Source: Microbotryum violaceum (taxonomy: Eukaryota). Taken from it: a stretch of DNA of 64,000 bases. The stretch spans positions 3,363,591 to 3,427,590 of the forward strand of contig LN717261.1 in the NCBI GenBank assembly GCA_001244265.2. Direction: 5' to 3'. Below the pieces are notes generated by a model. That model made no database searches. It was not told the DNA's origin and saw only the letters and a list, made by a program, of their open reading frames with translations. A program made the position numbers and the translations under genes. Position 1 is the stretch's first letter. Each line of letters opens with the position of its first letter. Below are positions 38,218-50,590 of the stretch, in pieces.

Positions 38218-39507
38218 TAGCATCCGAAGGAGAAATCTAAAGCAGCGTGGCTAAGGATGGGGTAGAGTTGGGGCTTGTACAATCGTTAGGTAGAGCTATC
38301 ATGAACATAATTGAGTAAGACCTGTCAAAAATAAAAAGACTGAGAAGGCGGCGCAACAGCGGGGAATTGTAGCACCGTAGTGAACTGCGGCTGTGCGCCA
38401 TCTTCAGTCGAGCGTCAAGCGATGTATGCTAATCAGGGAATGCTGTTCGAGAAACACCGCGACATTCTTGGTCTTCAAGTGGACTCAGCCATAGAGCGTC
38501 GGCTGAAATGCGGCGTTCCAGCTGCGACACGTCATGCTCTTGCCCATCACGGCTTGATGGCGATCGCGCAATAGCGCTGGTAGGTGGCGATTCTGCTGGG
38601 AAAGGTCGTGATGTGTGTAAGATCTCAACATAGAAGCCTGAGCGTGTTGGCGTCATTGCTGCAATTGACGTGCGCAAGAGAGCTGGTGCGCAGCGCAAGG
38701 GCCACCCAGTGAAGCTTCGACCCCTAGAGATCGAGCAGATTCGCTTGACTAGGGGCGACTCGATCGTCTTCTTACGCATTGTCAAACCTTTGACACTACA
38801 CTCCTCATGGCAGGTCTTTTCTCATTTGAACTGATGGTTGATTGTGACCTAAGAAAAAGTGGCTTAGAGGTATACCAAGCCCTCTACCGTCCAGCTCCGA
38901 CATCGTCAACGGCTTACCGTCGGCAACTAAGGGGTCATTTGGGGCCCACTCCCATGTGCCGACTGGGAACTTGAAGAGGAGCGGTTCAAGCAAATTGCCG
39001 ATGCATACGCAGTTGACGGTAAACTTCGGCATTGTTTACTTGTAGGTCCCAAAATACGGTATTAGGTCTTGTATGGTAGATGCGATTGACTCTGGAGTTC
39101 AGCAACAGCAACTCGGTTTGGAGGCGCGGTCTCGACTGCCGCAGAAGTAGGAGCTGCGGTCGCCATCGCAAAAACCCCAGCTGCACAGCCCAATACTGCT
39201 CCTTTCGCCAACTTGCCGCGTACCTTGTAAGCCCGATTGCGCAAAGCCTACGAGTGAACCCGGAACTCTGCTCCCGCTTTTGAAATGAGCGTGGGCGGCG
39301 GCGCCGGCCCGCCTCGACCGCTGGTGGGGGAATGGCGCGCGGGGGGGAGGGGTGCCGCGCGCCGCGCGCGCCGTCCACACATGGACGTTCGCTCGGACAC
39401 GTTTTCGGATTCGTTCCTTTACTCTCTCACCCACCAAATCGCCCAAGGAATTTTATCTATCAAACTGTACCTTTTCCTTTCGGAAGGTATCAATCGCATC
39501 TACTAGG

Positions 39508-40459
39508 ATGACGATGACTCCGCTTCAGCTCAAGGTCGAACCGCTCACCCATGAGGCGTGGGCTACGTTTGGTCATGTGATCCAAGGCGCGGAGGACTCG
39601 AGCGCAGTTCCGCGGGGATAGCCGTGAATAAGATCTCGCATACAACTCGATTGGTTAGTAGGAGACTTGGATTTGTCATTCAATAAAGATTCCTTCTCTG
39701 AGAAACACCCGTGATGGGATCTGCAGGGCCACAAGTTCAATCGGCTCGCGCCTATCACGTCGTCCTACCCCGCCTCTTCCTCCTCCTCCTCGACCCAGAA
39801 GCGGACAAAGCCGTGACCTCCATCTCCTTGGCCCGGATAGGACCCGTTCCTGAACTCAAGTTTGGCACCTCGTTCGAAGTGAGGATGTTGGAGCGACATG
39901 CGGCGTCGAGCCAGGCGTTCATCCCGCTTAATACGAGTGGGGACGAATGGACGAGTTGGAATGGCGAGAAGGGGTTGAAGGGGCAGGAACAGACGCCCGG
40001 GGGATGTTAGTTATGGGGGCTTTGAGTGGCGAAGGTGAGTGCAGGAGAATGGTGGTGTGGCGAGCAGAAGCCACGATGGAAGGCTCAGCCGCAGAGCAGA
40101 AGCAAAGTCCCGAGTCTGATCGCTCGCTCCTCTCTTGCTAAACCACAGACGACAAGCCCGATCTCAACAGTCTTCGAGTGTTCCTTTCTTCCCTTCCCAG
40201 GGTCTTTCGTACAACGAGGGAGTATGGCGTACGTCCGAGTTCCACCGTTCAGCTCTCGGAGAACGTGGCTGACCGAAAACTCGGTTCATCGCAATCACTT
40301 ACAGACCACTCGGTACTCTCGTTCAACTATGCCGACTACGCAATTGTCGATACTCAGATTACGACTGATTCGAGTCTCAAGGTAGACTGCGAGATCTTGC
40401 GACGAAAGGTTGGCGAGGAAGCGCCGTTTGCTGTGGTGGAGGTGCCGATGATTCAGTGA
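39508..40459 (+). CDS. DAL3: Ureidoglycolate lyase-like (AllA/Dal3); three homopolymer frameshifts as assembled
   Basis: VEPLTHEAWATFGHVI, MLERHAASSQAFIPL, DDKPDLNSLRVF, QGLSYNEGVW/HHSVL, VDCEI. Confidence 0.8.
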
Positions 40460-40817
40460 AAGGGGTTATGCTCCCGTAAAGGCACGGGCGTTATGGGGTG
40501 TTTATGTTTGTCGGTTTTGTTTCGTGAGAATGTAATGTATTTATCGCATTGGTATGTGCCTATTCATAGAGTATGGCTTCGATGTGTCTTGAGGTTTGAC
40601 GTGATCGGGGTTCGGCGATTTTTGATCCGTGTGAGGTCAGATTGTGGCTGTGCAGATTCGAATCTGATCGAATGACATTAACCGCGCGCGCGGGTCGGGG
40701 TCGAGGCGGGTCGACTCTTCCCGTCTCTTTTGTCCTCTTGCCCCACACCCCGTTCTCAGCTCAAACACAACTCGCTTTCAACTCCCACCACTTTCAACAC
40801 CTATTCAATCCGTCATC

Positions 40818-43491
40818 ATGGTCAGTTGTAATATTGCTGCATCCCCTCCCTTGTACACTGCTGCTCGGCCTGGAAGCCACCTCGCCCCTCTTCGACCAAC
40901 CCCCTAGACTGACCACGCCCCACTCCTCGGCTCGACCATTTGCTAAACGCATCGGTTCCTTCCATGGCTTGCAGGGACTCGCAGCAAAGATGGCAGCCGC
41001 TCAAGCCGCCGGCAGTGCCGCTACACCCGGCTATGGTACCGCAGGAGGTGCCGCCGCCGCGCCTGCTTATGGAGCCCCGCCTGCTCAGCAACAACAACAG
41101 CAACAGGGCGCTTATGGTCAACCTTCGCAGCACGCTCAGGCACAGTCTGGTCAGCCGCAGTGTGAGTGGTGGCGTAGTGCTCCGTGTTGGTAAAGTGCTT
41201 GATGGAACGACGTGTTGGCTTTGAGCGATTTCGAAATCGATCGAAACGCCAAGCTTTATGTGGGGCCGCGCGGTGCGCGCTGAGAGGACGATCGGAAGAG
41301 AGAACTGACCAACCAACCCCCACCTGTGTCCGTTCGCATCAACGCTCGGGCAGATGGAGCTCCCCCCGGTCAGACGCCTCAATGTGGGTGCATCAAGTTC
41401 GTGTCGGTTACTCGTTGCTGAATGCTGACGATCGAGACACTGCCGTATACGCCACACAGACGGTGCCCCGCTGGTCAGCCGCCCTCGGTTCCGGGAGGAC
41501 GACCCGCTCAACCTGGTCAGCAGCAAGGTGGGTGCTTTTTTCAGAACTCTTGTTTCCCTCCTCGCCGCTCGAGGCCTGATTTAGATCGACATCATCACAG
41601 GTCAATACGGTCAACAGCCCCCTATGGCCAGCCGCAACAGCAGCAAGGCCAGTAGTTCGACGCAAACTCATCGCGTTTAACGTAGTGACCGATTCTGATC
41701 TGCGCCCCCCTTTGCATCTTTCACAGGCTACGGACAGCAAAGCTCTTACGGTCAGCAAGGTCAATATGGCCAACCACAAGGGCAATGTGAGTTTCTAACG
41801 CAGCTGGCCCTGCGAAAACTTTGGCACCGAGCTGAAATTGCTTATGACTTTCCTCGTACAGACGGCGCACCGCAGGGTCAGTAAGGTTACGGCGAGCAGA
41901 TGTTCCACAGACAGCTTCATGTCAGGTAGCTGAGGTTTGTTCTCGAGTTTTGCTTTCACCAGGCGCTTCGCAGCAAGGGCAATACGGCCAGACTCCCCAA
42001 GGACAGCAGCAATGTAAGCTCCGATCGAGGCTCATGCGAAGATCGAGTCGTTAATGGTATGCCTATCCTATCGCCACAGACGGCGCCCCTCCACAAGGCC
42101 AGTACGGAGCTCCCCAACAAGGCCAATATGGCGCGCCTCAGCAAGGTCAATACGGTGCACCGGCTCAGGGCCAACAGCAATACGGGGCCCCTCAACAAGG
42201 CGGCGCTGCCGGTGTCCCGAAGGACCTCCCGTTCAAGCGATCCTCGACACGCTACGTGCGGGTGTGCAAGACCAAAACATTTCGGCCTTTTACCCCCCCG
42301 GATCGCTCGAACGCCTTGCCGAGAACGTTCATCGCTCCCGGGCGTTGCCCAGGATTGCCGCGTTGTTCCAGATCCCGATGGAGGTCGCGATGGATCTTGT
42401 ACGCTTGGCCTTGTTCGACGTCATTCTCTATACCGACGATTCGGGTTCGATGTCGTTCGAGGAGAATGGATCGCGCATCGAGGATTTGAAGATGATTGTT
42501 TCCAAGGTCGCGAGTGCGGCTTCGTTGTTCGATCAGGATGGTATCCAAGTCAGGTTCATGAAGTACGTCCATGTTTTTTTGGCCTCCTACGCTCTGGGCT
42601 TGACGCTCAAGGAGAGAGATGCTGACCCTTTTCCCCCATCCCGCCTCCACCAAACAGCTCGCCTGTCGAAGGCAACAACATCAACTCGGAAGCCGCTGCG
42701 TCGGCGCTCGTTGCTCAAGTCAAGTTCTCGGGGCTCACGCCGCTGGGTACGGCGATGCATTGCAAGATCCTCGAACCGCTCGTGTTGCAGCCGGCGAGGC
42801 AAGGGCGATTGCAAAAACCCGTACTCATCATCACCATCACCGACGGACAGCCGGGTGGAGAAGCTCGTGAGTATTCTGCAGACGTGAACCTCATTACCGA
42901 ACGGACAGGCTCAAACCTGAAACTTGCCGGCTTGGAAATTGATCACAGGTGATACGATCGTGCGCGTGATCAAGGCCGCGAGTCAGGAGTTGCGCTCGAC
43001 GCGCTACGGCAGCGACGCGATTTCATTTCAATTCGCCCAAGTCGGCGAAGACCAGGCGGCGCGCCAGTTCTTGGAGGAGCTTGATGTAAGTCGGAAAGAG
43101 TTCAAGGATTGAGTACGCACGGTGAGCTGATGCGAGAGTTTCTTTGATGGGTTTTGCTCTGATAGGTTAACCCCGATATTGGTGGCTTGATTGATACTAC
43201 TTCGTAAGTTCCGAGCTCGAGCGGACTTAACGTTTGATCGCTTGAAGGTACTGATTTTGCGCACCTATTCCATAGTAACTACGAGAATGAAGCCGACAAC
43301 ATGATGAAGGCGAACCCGCCTTTGGAACTCACGCCTCAGCTCTGTACGTATCGAGGCGGCGTTTCGAACAAGGAAGGCTCTCAAAAGCCTTTTCAAAACT
43401 GACCGTACACCCATTGTCGGATCGTACAGGGATCGTCAAGATGCTGTTGGGAGGTATTGATTCGTCGTACGATACCAAGGATGAGAAGTAG
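40818..43491 (+). CDS. Protein with Q/G/Y/P-rich low-complexity N-terminus (many microexons) and C-terminal vWA domain
   Basis: ATG-only first exon, then GLAAKMAAAQ; YGAP/GQYGQ repeats; vWA motifs DVILYTDDSGSM, TPLG, KPVLIITITDG, FQFAQVG. Confidence 0.85.
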
Positions 43492-43826
43492 AGTCATCAA
43501 TGCGTTTGTGGGGAAGCTCATAGCTGCGTCTGATTGGGCTGGCTCACGGGTTCGGTGAGATTGGATTGAAACCGACCATGCCTTTCGACCATGCCTTTCA
43601 TTTTGTGAAATTTTGACGGAGAATGAGAAAAAACAAAACGAGTCCTATGCGACGGGATCGGGTCGAATTCGAACGACGTGTCCCGGCGTTGTTAAAAACC
43701 TGTCGATCGTCACTTCATTGCCCCACATCCAAGCGAGCGCTTAATTAGTAGCTCACGCGACCCTTGATCTCCGACCTCCTTCCTTTCACTATCTTCACTC
43801 AAATCACATCACCCCGAGCCGTGATA

Positions 43827-45436
43827 ATGATAACGTACTACATGCTCGAAAATTCCCGTGCCATTCGTGTTGAATGGTCGCTTCGAGAACTGGGATTGGA
43901 GCATGAGACCAAGTGAGTTGAGTGGGGGTCCGGCCGATGCTCGACTCGTTCGAGCGGAGCTGGTCGGGCGGTGGTTGGTAAAGTGTTTTGGTGGCTGAGA
44001 TTGGATTCTTTGAGAGGTCAGATGCTATAAAAGGGTCAATGGGAAGAAAGCTGTAAGTGAACACCATATCAACTACTAAGCTTACCAAGTAGTATCAGGG
44101 CGAGCTCTCTTGAAATGAAGGCAGCACCGGTGGTCGGATGTGGGGGTTCTTTCGAGCGAACCCCCCCCCCCGCTCATCTTCATTGGTCTCGCACATGAAC
44201 TCATTCTTTGGGAAGTTGATTATGCATAGCCACCAGAGATGAAAGAAGAATTCGGTACGAAGGTGGGAAAGTCTCCGGCTTTGAGGGATGGAGATCTTTT
44301 GATCGTCGAGTCGTCGGCGATTTTAACGTACGTCACTACTTGCGGTGCCGATGGATCGGAAGTCGGTTTCGGTCGGTCTAATCATAATGCGCAACAAGAC
44401 TAGGATGGAGCATTCGATATTGAATCGAGGGTTTTGTGTGGAATTTTTGCAGGTACCTCGCGGAAAAATACGACGAGAGCGGTCGACTTTTGCCAGGCTT
44501 GGGCAGGGACAGGGAGCAGGACAGAGTCGATACTTTCGCTTGGATCGGGTTTGCCGAAGTGTGTGGAACTTTGCTGCAGGTACCTCGCGGAAAACTACGA
44601 CGAGAGCGGTCGACTTTTTCCAGGCTTGGGCAGGGACAGGGAGCAGGACAGAGTCGATACTTTCGCTTGGATCGGGTTTGCCGAAGTGTGTGGAACTTTG
44701 CTGCAGGTACCTCGCGGAAAACTACGACGAGAGCGGTCGACTTTTTCCAGGCTTGGGCAGGGTGCAGGACCGAGTTGATACTTTCGCTTGGGTCGGGTTT
44801 GCCGAAGGCGCTCTAAGTAATTATAAGTTTGCGATTTCGCCCACACGGGGATTGCTCCTTCCTACACAGTACACGAATACGACTGATGGATCAATGTGGG
44901 GTTGTTGAATGCAGTGGCCCATGCTCTACCGATCACTTACGCGGCGTGGTTCATCCCCGACGAGTATGAAAAGGCCCATCAAGGTTTTCATGATAGCCTT
45001 AGTCAGTTTCCCAATCTGCGTCGACAGAATTAGCGGAAAACTCGATTGAGTTAGACCAAATATGACTTGCTCCCTTCAGAACCCAACGTTATTAACGATC
45101 TCAATTACCTCGAAGCCGAACTTGAGAAGAAGGTCGAACGCTTCAGGAAGAAGAATGGTCAAGGTGCTTTCTTGGTCGGACAAGATTTGACGATCGCGGA
45201 TATTCAGGTCGCGTTGCCCATCGAGTGAGTCGAGGTGAAGTTTTTACGGGTGTTCATCTGGGCTGAGGTTGGTGATCAAACGTCTTAGGTACATCTTTAC
45301 GCACCCGACGATTTCCAAGGAATTGAAAGACGAGATCCGAGGTTATACGCAGATCAAGGTTTGGCTGCGGGGTTTGGAAGCGAGGCCCGCTTACAAGGAG
45401 GCAACCAAGGTCGCGGAATGTCTTTGTTTTGCCTGA
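43827..45436 (+). CDS. Glutathione S-transferase (Gtt1-like) with a tandemly triplicated exon segment
   Basis: MITYYMLENSRAIRVEWSLRELGL, GKSPALRDGDLLIVESSAILTYLAEKYD, FAEGALMAHALP, FLVGQDLTIADI, WLRGLEARPAYK. Confidence 0.85.
44432..44806 (+). repeat. 127-bp tandem repeat x3 (intron 3' end plus most of a GST exon)
   Basis: gcag|GTACCTCGCGGAAAA at 44453, 44580 and 44707. Confidence 0.95.
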
Positions 45437-46528
45437 TGATGTGTAGAGTGTGTGTTCAAAGGGGGCTCTCAAAGCAATGCAGTTGCTAGCGTACTATCTT
45501 TGGTTGCGCCTGCAGCATAACGACCGAACCTCGGAAGAAATTGTTCAGGAAGCCTCGAGCGCACCTGTCCATGGCCAGCAGCCGGGGGTTGGCCGACGTC
45601 GGTCTCGGCGAACCGAATTGCCGGCGGTCGGGGACAGTGGTTCGTACATATTGTGGCATGTATGCATTATCTAGCAAGTGTCTACCTCCGTTACCATCTC
45701 TGACGTGTAGCCGGATGGTTTGGATCGTTGGCGTCCAAATCATCCGCAGCTGCCGCGCGTGCTCCGCTTCCTCAAGTCCTTCGAGAGCGTTCCAACTCCT
45801 TGACGTCTTCTTCGTCCTGTCCCTGATCCTCGTCTTGTTCCTCTTCGTTTCGACGTTTGCCAAGGTTCCTCTTGTAAATGATCTGTTGGCTTCTGTTAGG
45901 GTTTTGATCGGTCTTCTTGCTTCTTGACGGGCCCGGGCCTCTAGAGCCGGTCATCCGATGTGACCGCAAGGAAACATGTCGATTCTGCAAGGGCCGAGGG
46001 AGAAGTGATTGGTCAGCGCGCAAGCGAGCGCACAATCAAGGTAAGGACCGGCGCGTGTTACTTACATACTTGACGATTCCTATTGCTTCGAAGCAGCATG
46101 TTCCTCCACAATAGTGTAGGTGCTTGTTCTGGCACAGACGAGTCTGCGCGCGTCCTTGGGATAATGTTCTTCGGGCAGTTGCTAGCTGTGAGACCATTCC
46201 AAGCCGAGCTCCGCAAGCGGCCCATACACCTGGACCGGAACAGGTGTTCTAATCTCTGCCGCTACTGCATCACCTACTGGGTCGAGGAATGTTACGAGTG
46301 GTGCAGGGAAGTCAGAGCTAGTCGGTGGTCGGGTTCTGCTCGTTGAAATTGCCGGGACCTACGCGAAGCCGATCTTAAGGGACGTTGTCAGTTTGGTCGT
46401 GCTTGCAAGTATACTCACACAAGCTCATATCGCCTTTGTCGTTTCGTACGTACATGCCATCCGCATCGAGGTACTTTCTGGCTGCAGGAAGTGGACCGAG
46501 GCGACACGTCAGCGAAAAGTTGGCCGAC

Positions 46529-46590
46529 TTAGCCCGAACGTGAGTCAGCCCGAATCAGCCCGAACCTGAGCCCGAACCTGAGCCCAAACG
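46529..46590. repeat. Short AGCCCGAA-type tandem repeats, probably transposon subterminal
   Basis: agcccgaa occurs four times, plus agcccaaa, within ~60 bp. Confidence 0.6.
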
Positions 46591-47099
46591 TGGCGAAGCA
46601 CACCCTTGAGTCAGAACAATTACCCCAAGCTGAGCTCACCATGCCCTTCCCATTCAGACTTTGAATCTCCTCGTCATTCCCGGATGCAGATCCTCCATTG
46701 CTAAGCTTCCGTGTGGCAGGGGACAGAAAGGTGGGTGGGAGAAGGACTGAACACGTGAACGGAAAGAGGCAAAGGGAGAAACGGAGGCGCGCGCGTGGGT
46801 TATGCGCAGGCTCACATAGCTTGATTAGATTTTGAGTTAATGTCATTAATGTGCACGACTAACTGAGAAAATGTCCGCGACTACGCCCATTGCTCCACGA
46901 TTTTCGCTAAGTCCTCTCCCGGACTCTCAAACGTGGTCGGCGCTCAGATCGACGACACGGCGCTGTCAAACGACACACAAGCCTCTGGCAGCGTCTCAAG
47001 TAGTAACTTGCATATTCAATACATGCGGTATTACACCTTACACATAGCCGATTTCATCGAATAGCATGGATCTTGATCGCTAAGTTGCCATGGAGCGGC

Positions 47100-48401
47100 T
47101 CAACCGTTAATGGTCACGCGCGTCGCAAGCAAGAATTATCTGACCTCTTCTCTGTGAGCTGATGCACCTGAGTGCAGATGCTGCCTTGCAAATGGCTTGT
47201 TCGCGGTTTCCTCGCTTCTCTTATCTCATCAGTGTACCGGCACTGAGGAGGTATCCCTAGTGCAAGCGGATGGAGCTCGAGCACATGCACAAGACAACTC
47301 CCAGGCGCTCCCTCGTGAACGCGAAGGAGCCGATCGTGTCGAACGTTTTGGTCAACTTTTGGCGATTTATGAGTTCCGATAGGGAGAGCAGGTGCGCGCA
47401 TTCGCACCTGATTGTGCCAGGTGGACCTACGACCCTCACACGTTCCTATTGCTTCACAGAACTACCTACTTGGGAAGGTACGGTCGCTTGGTTTGAGCCA
47501 CTTGCAACCCGTCTACGACGCGATCGAACAGGCCCCGATTGCCAAGCCGACGCCAAAGCGGCAAAAGCGGAAGGCTGTGTCTCCTGTAGGAGCGCAAAAG
47601 CATCAGAACTTGTGCTTCACTCAAGTTCAACATGCTTCAGGAGCGGTCGAGATTGTGGATTTGCGGTGCATCCTGGCCTCAGCTGGTCGCATACATCGGA
47701 GGGTTGGTCGGGAGGAGTCTCGGCAGTACATCTTTGACCACATGGATGATGAAGCTCGGCCTAATTTTATGAACCTGGAATAATACACTGGCTTCCTTCA
47801 CTCGTCTGTTTCATCCACTGCCAGAGGCAAGAGTGTTACAGAGAAGTTCTAGACATCCGTGGGTGGTATTGCGGTGGTAATAAACCCCAAACCCGGTAAC
47901 AACTACGCTGCACGTACGGAAACCCGGAGGCCGGGGCAAGCCATCCAAGCAGATATTACCCATGTCAAAGTTAATACCCAGCTGGGGGTATTACCGCGCG
48001 CCTGGGTATTACCCCGTTCAGCTGGGTATTAACCCCGTTCAGCTGGGTATTAATCCCGTTCAACTGGGTATTAACCCCGTTCAGCTGGGTATTAACCCCC
48101 AGGTGGGTATTACCCCTCAACTGGTTATTACCCGCAAGCTGGGTATTACCCAGAGAGATGAGTAATACCCGGCTGGGGGTTATTACCGCGCGCCCGGGTA
48201 TTCCCCGTCGGCTGGGTATTACCCAGGGAGATGAGTAATACCCGTCAGAGAGTCAATGCCCGGCGTGGGGTTAAAACCGCGCGTCTGGGTATTACCCGTC
48301 GGCTGGGTATTACCCAGGCGCGCTCGGGACAATACCCAGGTGAGACCTGGGTAATACCCTTCAGAATGGGTGGTATTACCGGAATTAACCGACCCTCAGT
48401 G
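47100..48401 (+). mobile_element. Degenerate CACTA/EnSpm-like transposon 3' end
   Basis: Broken frames FGQLLAIYEF...VEIVDLRCILASAGRIHRR...QYIFDH resembling basidiomycete CACTA transposase C-termini; subterminal repeat array; ends in CAGTG (CACTG on the minus strand). Confidence 0.55.
47955..48385. repeat. Array of CTGGGTATTA(A)CCC motifs in both orientations, including a 21-bp tandem unit
   Basis: cagctgggtattaaccccgtt-type unit about four times, plus many gggtattaccc / gtaataccc copies. Confidence 0.9.
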
Positions 48402-49291
48402 GCAGCGCGACTGCTCCCGATGGGTTACCTGAAGTACTTGGACTTGTAATTGCTTCCGCAGAAATTATATGAAAGCACTTTACGTCGCTTTCTGCCCTAT
48501 ACACCGTTTCGGCATCAAGTGTAGTGACTATGACTTAGTGCAGGCCTGACCCGGGGCAACGTGGCTCCCGCCGGGAACAATGTTTCTACCGGCTCAGGAT
48601 GCCCGATCCGATAGGGTTTTATCGCCGCTGCGCGGCGCGATTAAGATCGTCCCTTCTTTAAGTTGTCTGCCCGAGGTGCAGTCAGGTCCCGGTGGGTACC
48701 AAGGTAGATGCACCGGGAATTCGGAAGGTTTTAGGTTCAGGCTAGAGAGGTGGGTACCGGGCAACGCTGCACTCAGCGCTGGGCACTCCCGAGTCCCAAC
48801 CCTCTCGACCCTTGGTTACTGACTAGACTCGAGGGCACGGCGCGTGACCACGACCGGTTCGTCGGTCGGGTCAGGGATGGGCTATTATTAGGTCCCGCTC
48901 GGCAACTCATGGGCTTGCTTGTGACTGACCTACCCTCACTTCCCGACATCCGCCTCTGAAACCTTAATGGTTAAAGGAGGTGGTTGTAGGACGGGCTTTT
49001 GAATCCACTTCCTTCCTTTCTCTCTTCCACACCACCCCTACCCCCCAGTCTCCTCCACATCCCGAACAAGTCTTGCCCCTCTCTAACTCTCAACCGACCC
49101 CTAAAGCCAGGTCACCGACTTACCGTCTGGTCCTCTCCATTAGTCTCCACTCGCCTCGTCGCGCTCTTTTATAGCTTCCTACCCTCGTTGTGAGTCTTTC
49201 TTCCAGAACAAATCCGAGTCCCTTTGCTCGTGCAAGACCACTGACTCGGACCTGCCCGTTCCTGCCACGCTATCACCTCACTGCCTGCGTC

Positions 49292-50233
49292 ATGGCCAAC
49301 GGCCCTCCCTCCTCGATGCGAGTCCAAAAGTCAAGATGTCTTCAGAGCTTCGCCAAGTCGTTAACAGCCTTTCTTTACTTGAAATCCGCGCTGGCGTTGC
49401 CACAATTGTTATCTATCTCGGGTTGGTCGCGTTCACAATCATCTTCGCGCGATAAGCGATCCGGCGACGGCTCGTCGAGCTTCTCGACGGGCTCGCAGGG
49501 GCTGGTCAAGCACGACAACTGCAACCCGACCTGTCCTTGTGGGACCCGACTGGATTCGGTTGCAATGCCCACCTGTACCTGGAATTGTGTCTGGTGGTCA
49601 AATTCCGTCATCAACAACTTGGGGGCGCTCGTTGATGCGATCGCCACTGTCATCGTCGGCATCCTCGGGTACACCGCGACGAGGGCGACGACGAGTCACT
49701 TCAGCACGACGGGCAAGCGAGACAACGTCACCTTGCATGCGTTCAGTGCGGCGGTCGATGACATCTTTGGCACCAAGGACCGCAAGCGCGACGGAAGTGA
49801 TCTTCAAACGGTCGACTACACCATATTGTTCGCCAACGGCACCGTCGACGGCATTTACACCGAGTTCAACGTGACGGCCGGTCAAGCTGCCGCTTACATC
49901 GGCGATTCCTACGCTGCAAGTTGGGTCGCTTCGGACTCGGCCCTCGAAAAGCGTACCGACACGCTCACCAATGCCAAAGTCATTTACCACAACGCAAAAG
50001 TGGGTGGCGATGTCCAAGTCAGGTCGTTCACTTATTCCGAGAGGCAACAGGCGGGCAACACGATCGCGGGCCGCTTCTCCGATATCTGTCAGTACGATGG
50101 CAGGGCAATGTGCGACTGCCTGCGCTCCGGGGAAGGCAACGAGTTTGCTGGTGCTTTGACGGTCGAGGGTCAGGCCAACAACAATGGCAAATACCAAGCA
50201 ATGAACTGCAACTGCGATACCCGTTCCTGGTAG
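49292..50233 (+). CDS. Intronless secreted preproprotein with killer-toxin-like alpha/gamma/beta architecture
   Basis: Hydrophobic signal ending SALA; Kex2-type sites DKR, GKR, RKR, LEKR; Cys-rich amphipathic alpha part, glycosylation-sequon spacer, Cys-rich beta part. Start could be 49292 or 49316. Confidence 0.7.
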   Translation: MANGPPSSMRVQKSRCLQSFAKSLTAFLYLKSALALPQLLSISGWSRSQSSSRDKRSGDGSSSFSTGSQGLVKHDNCNPTCPCGTRLDSVAMPTCTWNCVWWSNSVINNLGALVDAIATVIVGILGYTATRATTSHFSTTGKRDNVTLHAFSAAVDDIFGTKDRKRDGSDLQTVDYTILFANGTVDGIYTEFNVTAGQAAAYIGDSYAASWVASDSALEKRTDTLTNAKVIYHNAKVGGDVQVRSFTYSERQQAGNTIAGRFSDICQYDGRAMCDCLRSGEGNEFAGALTVEGQANNNGKYQAMNCNCDTRSW

Positions 50234-50325
50234 ACCGTCGTCCCTTACCATACCCGACATCAAAATTCCTATCAAGTACGGCTACTGTAATCCAAGTTTC
50301 CAAAACCCGGTTCAGATCAATTTTC

Positions 50326-50590
50326 TGCTGAAACCATCAAAAAAGTTCCCCCAACAACATCCCGAACCTCTTGTACTGTTCACTCTCCCCTTACCTGACT
50401 GGTCTGGGTCTTGTGGATGCACGAGAATTCTTAACCCTAGTAGCCTATCGACACTGCGCTTCGTTAGTGTTTGGCATGTTTTGGTCCATTTAATGCATAG
50501 CGATCGACGAAGGCCATTGAAAGGGCCTTTAGTAAACATGATACTGTGAAGGTAGACACGGGTTGTTCAACACTCCCCGTTTCCTCTCCT
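50326..50590 (-). mobile_element. Possible Copia-type PPT plus LTR remnant
   Basis: Minus strand GAGGAGAGGAAACGGGGAG directly followed by TGTTG at 50572; the far end is uncertain. Confidence 0.35.

Noticed and set aside
38400-39032. Crinkler-like effector (MPKFTVNCVCIG start)
   Set aside because: Weak resemblance, downstream frames full of stops, no supporting motif.
45480-46500. Short overlapping ORFs as genes
   Set aside because: No consistent spliced frame or motif; probably decayed TE sequence.
44432-48385. CRISPR-like arrays
   Set aside because: Eukaryotic context; the repeats are tandem without unique spacers.
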